Positions 56,138 through 64,000 of a stretch of 64,000 bases of DNA are shown piece after piece. The stretch spans positions 8,159 through 72,158 of the forward strand of contig VMGD01000002.1 in NCBI GenBank assembly GCA_007376405.1, in the 5' to 3' direction. The stretch's first letter is position 1. The number at the start of each line of letters is the position of its first letter. Below the pieces are notes generated by a model. The model did no database searches. It had not been told where the DNA came from and saw only the letters and a program-made list of their open reading frames with translations. Position numbers and translations under genes: made by a program. This DNA is from Microgenomates group bacterium Gr01-1014_7. GTDB taxonomy: Bacteria > Patescibacteriota > Microgenomatia > Daviesbacterales > UBA10151.

Positions 56138-57392
56138 CCTGACTACTTTAAAAAACGGACTGACTTTAATAACCGTTAATATGCCCCATCTTGATTCGCT
56201 AACAACTCTGGTAGCAGTTGGGGCTGGTTCAAGATACGAAACTAAAAAGATAAACGGCATTTCCCACTTTCTGGAACATATGTTTTTTAAGGGTTCCAGA
56301 AAATATCCAACCGCAGAACAGATTGCCACTTTAATTGACGGTATCGGAGCAGTCAATAATGCCGCCACCGACAAAGAAGTTACCTACTATTGGATAAAAT
56401 CATCCGCCAAACATATTAAACTCTCTTGCGATATTCTCTCCTCCATGATTAGGGAATCGCTGCTGGCTGAAGAAGAGATTGAGAGAGAAAAAGGGGTGAT
56501 TATAGAAGAACTTAGAATGTATAGAGATATCCCGGGCCGCTATGTCTGGGAGCTGTATGAAAAATTGCAATTTGGCAATCAACCATTGGGCTGGGAGATT
56601 GGAGGACAAGAGAAAATTATTACAAAATTTGTCAGAGAAAACTTCATGGAGTATATGAAAAGCCTGTATTCTCCCAAAAATATGGTTCTGGTATTTGTGG
56701 GAAAGTTGCCAGGAGACGTTGAAAAAGTTGCGAAGAGTTACTTTTTGGATCTGCCAACCAATTCCCAATATAAATTTAAACCATTCAAAAAAAATAAAAC
56801 TGCAAAACCAAGGATAAATATTTTTTATAAAAAAACAGATCAAGCCAACATAGTTTTGGGAGTGGAAGGTTATGATCGTGATGATAAGAGAAAATATGCA
56901 TCCAGAGTTTTATCAACGATTTTGGGAGCAGGAATGTCTTCCAGGCTTTTTATTCAAGTTAGAGAAAGAAGAGGTTTAGCCTATCATGTTTCAGCCAATT
57001 CAGGTAGCTATAAAGACACTGGAGCATTTACCGCGTATGCCGGATTAAAATTGGAAAAAGTCTATGAAGGCTTAGAGGTTATTAAAGCGGAATTGGAGAG
57101 AACCGCAATGGAGGCGATAACTGTTTCGGAGCTAAAAAAAGCCAATGAAATGGAAAGAGGTAATATAGCCTTGAGGTCTGAGTCGACCAACTTTTTAGCC
57201 GAATATTTTGGTACCAATTTTATACTTGATGGAAAAATAGAAACGTTTGAGGAATATTTGGAAAATATTGATATAGTTACTGTAGAAGATGTGAAAGCTG
57301 TGGCAAAGGAACTCTTTAAAAAAGAAAATTATAATTTACAAATAATCGGTCCGTTTAGAGATGAGGGAAAATTTATGGAGATTTTACAGTGA
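56130..57392 (+). CDS. Peptidase M16 (insulinase/pitrilysin family) zinc protease
   Basis: The inverted zinc motif HxxEH (HFLEHMFFKG) is present. Confidence 0.8.
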   Translation: MHNLTTLKNGLTLITVNMPHLDSLTTLVAVGAGSRYETKKINGISHFLEHMFFKGSRKYPTAEQIATLIDGIGAVNNAATDKEVTYYWIKSSAKHIKLSCDILSSMIRESLLAEEEIEREKGVIIEELRMYRDIPGRYVWELYEKLQFGNQPLGWEIGGQEKIITKFVRENFMEYMKSLYSPKNMVLVFVGKLPGDVEKVAKSYFLDLPTNSQYKFKPFKKNKTAKPRINIFYKKTDQANIVLGVEGYDRDDKRKYASRVLSTILGAGMSSRLFIQVRERRGLAYHVSANSGSYKDTGAFTAYAGLKLEKVYEGLEVIKAELERTAMEAITVSELKKANEMERGNIALRSESTNFLAEYFGTNFILDGKIETFEEYLENIDIVTVEDVKAVAKELFKKENYNLQIIGPFRDEGKFMEILQ

Positions 57393-58645
57393 ATATTTTT
57401 AAAGGAGCATTGTCACAACTAAATACAGCTTCAAAATATCTTAACCTCAAAGATGATATTTTGGAAAAATTAAAAAGTCCTGACAGGACAATAGAAATAA
57501 CTGTTCCCTATAAAAAGGATGGAAAATTAATGACAGTAAGAGGGTATAGAGTTCAGTTCAATAATATTCTTGGTCCTTATAAAGGCGGTCTTCGTTATCA
57601 CCAAGAAGTGGATATGGATGAAGTAAAGGCTCTTGCCTTTTGGATGATGATAAAAAATGCAATTGTAGGTGTTCCGTTTGGAGGGAGTAAGGGTGGAATA
57701 GAGATTGATCCCCGGGATTTATCAGAGGAAGAGCTTGAGGAATTATCCAGGAATTTTGCCAAAATGCTTGCTCCAAATATAGGTCCGTACATGGATGTAC
57801 CTGCTCCTGATGTGAATACCAATTCTAAAATAATGGATTGGATAGAAGATGAGTATTCAAAAGTTACTGGAAAGCGTCAAAAAGCTGTAGTTACTGGCAA
57901 ATCATTAACAAATGGAGGATCAGAAGGAAGAAAAGAAGCAACTGGATTGGGAGGTTTTTTTGTACTTGAGCAATTAATAAAAAAATTAGGACTTAAAAAA
58001 CCTTTGACTGTTGCCGTTCAGGGATTTGGCAATGTTGGTTCAAATATAGCCAAAATACTTTTCAAATATGGGTACAATGTGGTGGCTCTTTCGGATGCAA
58101 AAGGAGCGATCTACGACTCATCGGGGAAGGGTTTTAATATAGAGCTGGTAAAGAAATGCAGAGAGGAAAAAGGATATTTGGCAGGGTGTTATTGCATTGG
58201 TTCTGTTTGTGATATAGCCAGAAAATATGACGGGGTTATCCCAAAGGATGAGCTTTTAGAATTACCTGTGGATATATTAATTCCTGCGGCATTGGAAAAT
58301 GTAATTACTGCAAAAAATGCTGGAGCTATTAAAGCAAAAATTGTTTTTGAGATGGCAAATGGACCAACAACCCCTGATGCGGATAAAATTTTAAACAAAA
58401 GAGGAATTTTAGTTGTGCCGGATGTTTTGTGTAATAGCGGAGGAGTAACGGTTTCCTATTTTGAATGGTATCAAAATATGAAACATGAAAAGTGGTCTCT
58501 AGAAAAAGTTAATGAAAAATTAAAAGAAAAAATGGTCAAAGCATTTGAGGAAGTATGGGAAATACACAAGGAGAAAAAAGTTGATCTTAGAACTGCAGCA
58601 TATATTTTGGCTCTAAAAAGACTGGCTGAAAAAATGAGACTTTAA
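57389..58645 (+). CDS. gdhA: Glutamate dehydrogenase
   Basis: It has KGGLRYH, GGSKGG and the Rossmann GFGNVGS. Confidence 0.9.
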   Translation: MNIFKGALSQLNTASKYLNLKDDILEKLKSPDRTIEITVPYKKDGKLMTVRGYRVQFNNILGPYKGGLRYHQEVDMDEVKALAFWMMIKNAIVGVPFGGSKGGIEIDPRDLSEEELEELSRNFAKMLAPNIGPYMDVPAPDVNTNSKIMDWIEDEYSKVTGKRQKAVVTGKSLTNGGSEGRKEATGLGGFFVLEQLIKKLGLKKPLTVAVQGFGNVGSNIAKILFKYGYNVVALSDAKGAIYDSSGKGFNIELVKKCREEKGYLAGCYCIGSVCDIARKYDGVIPKDELLELPVDILIPAALENVITAKNAGAIKAKIVFEMANGPTTPDADKILNKRGILVVPDVLCNSGGVTVSYFEWYQNMKHEKWSLEKVNEKLKEKMVKAFEEVWEIHKEKKVDLRTAAYILALKRLAEKMRL

Positions 58646-59116
58646 CCTTTTTGTAATTTGCTTTGTAATTACCAGAGAAATTATTCCTACGGCGAAGCCT
58701 CCTAAAATATCCAGAGGATAATGTACTCCAACATAAATTCTGGAAACTCCAACCCACAGCATTAAAAATAGAAAAAGAGGCGCCCACTTGGATTTAAAAT
58801 GGACAAAAGAGAAGGCAAGTACCGCCATTAAGGAAGCATGTACTGATGGAAAAGAAGCATCCCCAACTGGATCCACAAGAGGAGAAAAATGATAACTTAT
58901 GAAAGGTCTTGGTTCAAAATAAAGCAGGTGAACGCTTTTAATAATAAGAACTAAAATAGGTATTGATAGAGTTGCTAGTATGAGTGCTTTTTTTTCTTTG
59001 ACACCGCCCTTAAAGAAAAAAACAAACATTAATATAAAGGTGAAATAGATAATAAATCTGGCACCAAATATCATTAAATTATCCATTAAATATGTATGGT
59101 AAAAAGACCAGAACAC
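58613..59116 (-). CDS. PAP2-family lipid phosphatase (undecaprenyl-diphosphatase-like)
   Basis: The PAP2 motifs KxxxxxxRP-like, SFPSVHAS and ...GVHYPLD are present. Confidence 0.7.
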   Translation of the reverse strand: MFWSFYHTYLMDNLMIFGARFIIYFTFILMFVFFFKGGVKEKKALILATLSIPILVLIIKSVHLLYFEPRPFISYHFSPLVDPVGDASFPSVHASLMAVLAFSFVHFKSKWAPLFLFLMLWVGVSRIYVGVHYPLDILGGFAVGIISLVITKQITKRLKSHFFSQSF

Positions 59117-59456
59117 CTGCTATTGCTGCGGTCGCCGCGGCGACCAAAACAGCTCCGGCTGAAATATCTTTGGCCAGTTTTGCTCCCGGATGATTTTTTT
59201 CAACAAACTGATCAACCACTGCCTCAATTGCGGTGTTAGTTAATTCAACAGAAATTACCAAACCAATTAAAATAATTATTGTAATCCAGTCTTGTCTGGT
59301 AAATCTTAAAATAAAAGAAAGTAAAATTACCAAAAGGCCTGCCAAAAAATGAAACTTTAAATTAGGTTCCTCTTTTAAAGCATCAACAAGCCCGGCAAAA
59401 GCATACTTAAAAGACAATATATGAAACTTTTTAGAATCCACGTTTTTAGTATACAC
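59079..59456 (-). CDS. dgkA: Diacylglycerol/undecaprenol kinase (DgkA family)
   Basis: It has three TM helices and the motif ELTNTAIEAVVD. Confidence 0.7.
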   Translation of the reverse strand: MYTKNVDSKKFHILSFKYAFAGLVDALKEEPNLKFHFLAGLLVILLSFILRFTRQDWITIIILIGLVISVELTNTAIEAVVDQFVEKNHPGAKLAKDISAGAVLVAAATAAIAGVLVFLPYIFNG

Positions 59457-59501
59457 TATCCCAACCCTTGACTTATAGCTTCATTTTGGTTATATTAGGC
59501 T

Positions 59502-60905
59502 ATGGGAAACCGAATTATAGAAAAATGCGGTATATTCGGAGTTTACGGGCCAGGTTTTCAAGCAGCCCGTTTAGTTCACCCGGGCCTTTGGGCACTTCAA
59601 CACCGCGGCCAGGAATCCTCAGGTATAGCATCATCAAACGGGAAAAAGATTTATCTTCACAAAGGAATGGGACTTGTTTCCCATGTTTTTGAAGAAAAAG
59701 ATTTAAAGAAATTAAAAGGTTACTTGGCCATCGGCCAGAATCGTTATTCAACATCCGGTGAATCTACAGTCTTTCATGCCCAGCCAATTTTAGAAAAAGT
59801 TGGGAGAAAGGGCGATATTGCTTTAGTTCACAACGGCAACCTTCCTTCAGTAAAAAAATTAAAAGATTTTTTGACCGGCAAAAAAATTAAAACCAATGGT
59901 TTTAATGATTCGGAAATGATTGCCAAAGCAATTGCTTTTTATGTAAGAGAAGGACTTTCTTTGGAAGAGGCAATCAAAAAAAGCTACCCATTGTTTACAG
60001 GAGTATTTTGTCTGCTGCTCATGGATGAGAAAAAAATTATTGGTGTAAAGGATAGTTTTGGTATCAGGCCATTGTGTATTGGTAAGTTAAATGGTGGATT
60101 TGTGATTGCTTCCGAAACTTGCGCGCTGGATATTATTGGGGCAAAGTTTTTAAGGGAAGTAAAACCGGGAGAAATGGTAGTTGTTGATGAAAAGGGATTA
60201 AAGAGCATCCAAATAGAAAAAGGCCAACAAAAACTTGATGTATTTGAATTTGTTTATTTTGCCAGACCGGACAGTTTTTTGCTGGGAAAAAGCGTTGATT
60301 TGGTCAGGCAAAATCTCGGGATAGAATTGGCAAAAGAGGTAAACTCAAAAGCGGATGTTGTAATTCCTGTTCCGGATTCGGCGATTCCTGCGGCAATAGG
60401 TTTTTCCAAGGCTTCAAAAATACCTTTTGAAATGGGTCTTATTAAAAACCGCTATATTCACAGGACTTTTATTATGCCGGAGGAGCATACCAGAAAAAGC
60501 GGCGTAAGATTAAAACTTAATCCAATGCCCCATGTAATTTCGGGTAAAAAAGTTATTTTAATTGATGATTCAATAGTCAGGGGAACAACCTCTAAACAAA
60601 TAATTAAAATGGTCAGAGATGCCGGAGCAAAGGAGGTACATTTATTAATCTCATCTCCGCCTGTTAAATTTCCTGATTTCTATGGCATTAATACTCCAAC
60701 GCAAAAAGAATTAATAGCAGCCAATAAAAAAATTAAAGAAATTGCAGAAACATTGGGAGTTGATTCATTGCATTATTTATCTTATACAGGACTACTCAAG
60801 GCAGTTGGGTTACCTAAAGATTTACTTTGTACGTCATGTTTTACAGGGGAATACCCGGTTGATATTGGGGAGAGAAAAAGAGAAATAACCTATGATGTTG
60901 TTTAG
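59502..60905 (+). CDS. purF: Amidophosphoribosyltransferase
   Basis: An N-terminal Cys nucleophile follows the start (CGIFGVYGP). The PRTase motif VILIDDSIVRGTT is present. Confidence 0.9.
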   Translation: MGNRIIEKCGIFGVYGPGFQAARLVHPGLWALQHRGQESSGIASSNGKKIYLHKGMGLVSHVFEEKDLKKLKGYLAIGQNRYSTSGESTVFHAQPILEKVGRKGDIALVHNGNLPSVKKLKDFLTGKKIKTNGFNDSEMIAKAIAFYVREGLSLEEAIKKSYPLFTGVFCLLLMDEKKIIGVKDSFGIRPLCIGKLNGGFVIASETCALDIIGAKFLREVKPGEMVVVDEKGLKSIQIEKGQQKLDVFEFVYFARPDSFLLGKSVDLVRQNLGIELAKEVNSKADVVIPVPDSAIPAAIGFSKASKIPFEMGLIKNRYIHRTFIMPEEHTRKSGVRLKLNPMPHVISGKKVILIDDSIVRGTTSKQIIKMVRDAGAKEVHLLISSPPVKFPDFYGINTPTQKELIAANKKIKEIAETLGVDSLHYLSYTGLLKAVGLPKDLLCTSCFTGEYPVDIGERKREITYDVV

Positions 60906-62808
60906 TAAAAAGAAAATAGCAATTTTAATTTCTGACAAAGGGACAGGTACTAATCTGCAGGCAATTATCGATGGGGTAATCTTTAAAAAAATTAATGCAA
61001 AAATAATTTCAGTTATTTCCGATACAAAAGACGCGTTTGGTTTAAAAAGAGCAAAGAAGTATAAACTTCCTGTTAAAATAGTTCCCAAAAAAGAAGATTT
61101 ACTACCTACACTTAAAAAATTAAACCCGGATTATATTTGTTTGGCAGGATGGAAGCAAATTATTTTGGAGCAAGTTTTAGATAACTTTCCCAACAGGATT
61201 TTAAATACTCATCCAGGATTAATACCGGATACTTTGGATGGAGTTGTAAAAAATCCCGACGGTACAAATGCGATATGGAATAAAGGGAAAATGACAGATA
61301 AGGCCATACAGAATTTTATTAATAGCAAATCAACTTATGCCGGATGCACCAATCATTTTTTATCACATGAATTTGACTTTGGTCCGGTATTAGGAAGGTG
61401 TTTTGAAAAAATTAAAAAGGGGGACACTGTTAAATCTTTATATAGAAGATTAAAAGTAAAAGAAAACAAATTATATGTGGATGTTTTGGTAAGACTATGC
61501 AAAAAGGACGGTCAAAAAGTTTTAGTCGTGGATGGAGGAGGGAGAGGTGCCGCTTTGGTTGACAAATATGCACAGTCTGAAAAAGTTTTCAGGATTTTGG
61601 CAGTTCCTGGAAATGACTTAATGCAAATTAACACAAAAAAGGAAGTCAAAATTTTCCCCAATTTGAAAACTACTGACATCTACGAGATTTTAGAAATTTG
61701 CAAAAAGGAGAAGATAGATTTGGTTGATGTTGCCCAAGATAATGCAGTGGAGGCAGGATTGGTTGATACGTTAATGCTAAACGGGATTCCCGTAATAGGA
61801 CCAATAAGTTCTGCTGGTCAAATTGAATGGGATAAAGCATGGGCAAGAAAATTCATGGGTAAGTACTCTATCCCTGCTCCTAAATATCAAATTTTTTATA
61901 CAGAAAAAGAGGGCAAAGAGTATGTAAAAAATCTTCCTGCTATTAAATGCTTTGTAAAAGCGTCAGGACTTGCAGAAGGCAAAGGAGCAATACCCGCAAA
62001 CAATAAAGAAGAGGCAATAAATGCTATAAAACAAATGTCTAAATTTGGGAGATCAGGTGATACTTATCTCTTGGAAGAGTGGCTGAAGGGTGAGGAATTT
62101 TCTGCTTTTGCCCTTTGTGATGGCGAAAACTTTCAGATAGTAGGATATGCGCAAGACCATAAAAGAGTTTTTGATCAAGATTTAGGACCAAACACTGGTG
62201 GGATGGGTTGTGTTTCAAATCCATTAATAGTTGATAAAAGTATTAAAAAACAGGTTGAAGAAATTTTTAGAAAAACAGTTAATGGATTAAAGGACGAAGG
62301 AAGGCCCTATATGGGAGTTTTATATTTAGGAGTAATGGTTGTTAAAGGAAAGGTCTTGTGTTTAGAATTTAATGCCAGATGGGGGGACCCTGAAGCGCAA
62401 GTTATAATTCCGGGGGTTAAAAATGATTTCATAGAAATTGCCGATGCAATAATTTATGGAAAAATTAAAAATCTAAAATTAAAAATGGATAAGCAAGTAA
62501 GAGTAGCTTTGACAGCAACAGCGAAGGGATATCCGGTGGATTATTCGGATGTAAAAGGAAAGAAAATCTACGGAATCGAAAATGCGCTAAGGACAGGGGT
62601 TAAAATCTATGGAGCCGGAATCAAAAAAGTTAATTCAAATTATGTAGTTGCAGGAGGAAGAGTATTTCATCTGGTTGCAGAAGGAAAGGATATCCTTGAA
62701 GCAAGGCATAAAGCATATAAAGCAATGAAATTAATAAATATTGAAGGAAATAATTTGCATTATAGAACTGATATTGGTTGGCGAGATTTAGAAAGGTTCA
62801 AGAAATGA
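60892..62808 (+). CDS. Fused GAR formyltransferase (PurN, N-terminal) and GAR synthetase (PurD, C-terminal)
   Basis: Residues 1-190 carry KIAILISDKGTGTNLQAII and NTHPGLIP (PurN). Residues ~200-638 carry KVLVVDGGGRGAALV and the ATP-grasp GVLYLGVM....EFNARWGDPE (PurD). Confidence 0.8.
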   Translation: MMLFSKKKIAILISDKGTGTNLQAIIDGVIFKKINAKIISVISDTKDAFGLKRAKKYKLPVKIVPKKEDLLPTLKKLNPDYICLAGWKQIILEQVLDNFPNRILNTHPGLIPDTLDGVVKNPDGTNAIWNKGKMTDKAIQNFINSKSTYAGCTNHFLSHEFDFGPVLGRCFEKIKKGDTVKSLYRRLKVKENKLYVDVLVRLCKKDGQKVLVVDGGGRGAALVDKYAQSEKVFRILAVPGNDLMQINTKKEVKIFPNLKTTDIYEILEICKKEKIDLVDVAQDNAVEAGLVDTLMLNGIPVIGPISSAGQIEWDKAWARKFMGKYSIPAPKYQIFYTEKEGKEYVKNLPAIKCFVKASGLAEGKGAIPANNKEEAINAIKQMSKFGRSGDTYLLEEWLKGEEFSAFALCDGENFQIVGYAQDHKRVFDQDLGPNTGGMGCVSNPLIVDKSIKKQVEEIFRKTVNGLKDEGRPYMGVLYLGVMVVKGKVLCLEFNARWGDPEAQVIIPGVKNDFIEIADAIIYGKIKNLKLKMDKQVRVALTATAKGYPVDYSDVKGKKIYGIENALRTGVKIYGAGIKKVNSNYVVAGGRVFHLVAEGKDILEARHKAYKAMKLINIEGNNLHYRTDIGWRDLERFKK

Positions 62809-64000
62809 TTCAAGTAATTAGAGTAAAAAATATAGTTGGGCCCAAAAGAGACAAAAAAGTTACTAAAGCTGAAAGTGCAAAGGTTTATAGATTGGAAGGG
62901 GCAAGCGAAAAGCAAGCAAAAATTTTGGCGGAAAAAGTTTTTTGTGAAAATATTTATCAAGCCTACACCCTAAATTCTCCAATAATTAAAGGCGCAAGGG
63001 AGGTTATAGAAATTGCATATAAGCCGGGAGTGATGAATCCTGAAGTTTCATCAATTAAAAAAGTGGCTGCTGATTTAGGAATTAAACTTATTGCAGCCGA
63101 TTCATCTCGTGAGTATGGATTTTTTGGAGATGTAACAAAAACAGAAGTAGAGCAAATCGTAAATAAACTGCATCTTCTAAATCATATGGTTGAACATATT
63201 GTAAAGAGAGAGCCAAAAACACTTGTTATCAAAGGATTGCCGGGTAAAACAAATATTATCAAAATACGGGAGATGAACGAGACTAAATTAAGCGAGCTTT
63301 CAAAAGACAAGTTATTTCTAAATTTAGAGGAGATGAAAGTTATTCAAAATTATTTTCAAAAGATTAAAAGGGATCCAACGGATTTAGAATTGGAAACTTT
63401 AGCACAAACATGGAGTGAGCACTGCGCCCACAAGATTTTTAAAGCAAAAGTAATTCTAGATGGTAAGGAAAAAGAACCATTCTTCACTCGTCTTAAAAAA
63501 GAAGCTTTAAAACACTCTAAATTTATAGTTTCGGCATTTGTTGATAATGCCGGAGTGATGGATTTTTATGACGGTTGGGCCATTAACGGAAAAGCAGAAA
63601 CTCACAATGCTCCATCCGCCATAGAACCATATGGAGGAGCTATGACCGGGTCGGGAGGAGTTTTTAGGGATGTGGTGGCAACCGGCCAGGGAGCAAAAGC
63701 AGTTGCCTCAACTGATATTTTTTGTTTGGCACCGCCCGATTTACCAAAAGAAAAATTACCGGAGGGGACTCTTCCTCCGGATTATATATTGAAGCGGGTA
63801 GTGGCTGCAGTCAGAGATTACGGTAACAGAATAGGTATCCCCACTAATAATGGGTCATTTCACTTTCACGGCGATTTCCGCGCCAAACCAATTGTTTTAG
63901 TTGGGGCTTATGGAATTTTGCCAAAGAAAAAAGCTAAAAAAGGTCAACCCAAAATTGGGGATTTGGCAGTTGTGATTGGTGGAAGAACCGGAAGAGACGG
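62807..64000 (+). CDS. purL: Phosphoribosylformylglycinamidine synthase II (PurL), 3'-truncated by the window end
   Basis: It has SEHCAHKIF and HNAPSAIEPYGGAMTGSGGVFRDVVATG. It is not in the ORF track because it runs off the window. Confidence 0.7.

Noticed and set aside
1-64000. rRNA genes, group II introns, retrons or a second DGR target (additional VR copies).
   Set aside because: No rRNA-like conserved stretches were seen. The only RT is the DGR RT. No third copy of the TR/VR core (gaacatcggtgtgtgtctttccc) was seen on visual scanning, though a computational search is needed to be certain.

Overview
This is a low-GC (~35-38%), gene-dense bacterial window. The first ~6 kb is an accessory region and the remaining ~58 kb is ordinary housekeeping genes broken up by several toxin-antitoxin pairs. 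Small proteins, short intergenic spacers and several four-helix-bundle ('23S rRNA IVS protein'-like) ORFs suggest a Patescibacteria/CPR-like genome, but that is only an inference.

The main finding is a complete diversity-generating retroelement (DGR) at 1207-3942. It comprises a target gene (1207..2037) whose 3' end is a variable repeat (VR ~1917-2040), a GC-rich hairpin just downstream of the VR (2076-2090), a reverse transcriptase on the minus strand (2110..3162) with the DGR-type IGNLTSQ motif and a YADD box, a small Avd-like four-helix-bundle ORF (3148..3510), and a template repeat (TR ~3777-3900). TR and VR differ at about 20 positions. Every difference sits at an adenine in TR except the last pair (3893-3894), which reads AC in TR versus GT in VR. 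A 27-bp 3' block (2006-2032 in VR, 3866-3892 in TR) is identical in both and behaves like IMH/IMH*. A terminator hairpin follows the TR. The target gene lies immediately downstream of a partial AAA+ (MoxR/AAA_5-like) ATPase gene.

Next to the DGR is a large serine recombinase (4476..6041). Its 3' end runs antisense through the first of two tandem minus-strand tRNA-Thr genes (GGU 5962-6033, UGU 6041-6112), and unusual GC-rich hairpins and a long palindrome lie upstream of it. This may be an integrative element boundary.

The rest of the window encodes these housekeeping and cell-envelope genes:
- fmt and def
- a Wzy/O-antigen-ligase-like protein with TPR repeats
- mreB, mreC, mreD and PBP2
- a pyrimidine cluster (pyrD-like, pyrE, pyrF) and pyrG
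- topA
- a dTMP cluster (tmk, two dcd-family paralogs, thyA, folA)
- dapA
- rpsB, tsf, frr, rseP and proS
- tig, a HIT protein, rpsU, yqeY, ybeY and dnaX
- glyA, folD, ybaB, recR, cysS, cmk, an M16 peptidase and gdh
- a PAP2 phosphatase, dgkA, purF, a purN-purD fusion and partial purL

Five type II TA pairs are present: three vapBC, one phd/doc and one dinJ/yafQ.

Several other features are flagged in the findings:
- A 624-aa protein with a C-terminal RelE/ParE-like domain.
- A compositionally distinct 557-aa protein with a ParB/Srx-like DGxHR motif.
- A recurring ~32-bp palindromic motif that flanks a PaaX-like regulator gene.
- A palindromic in-frame insertion in a membrane-anchored ClpB-like ATPase.

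No CRISPR array or rRNA gene is present.
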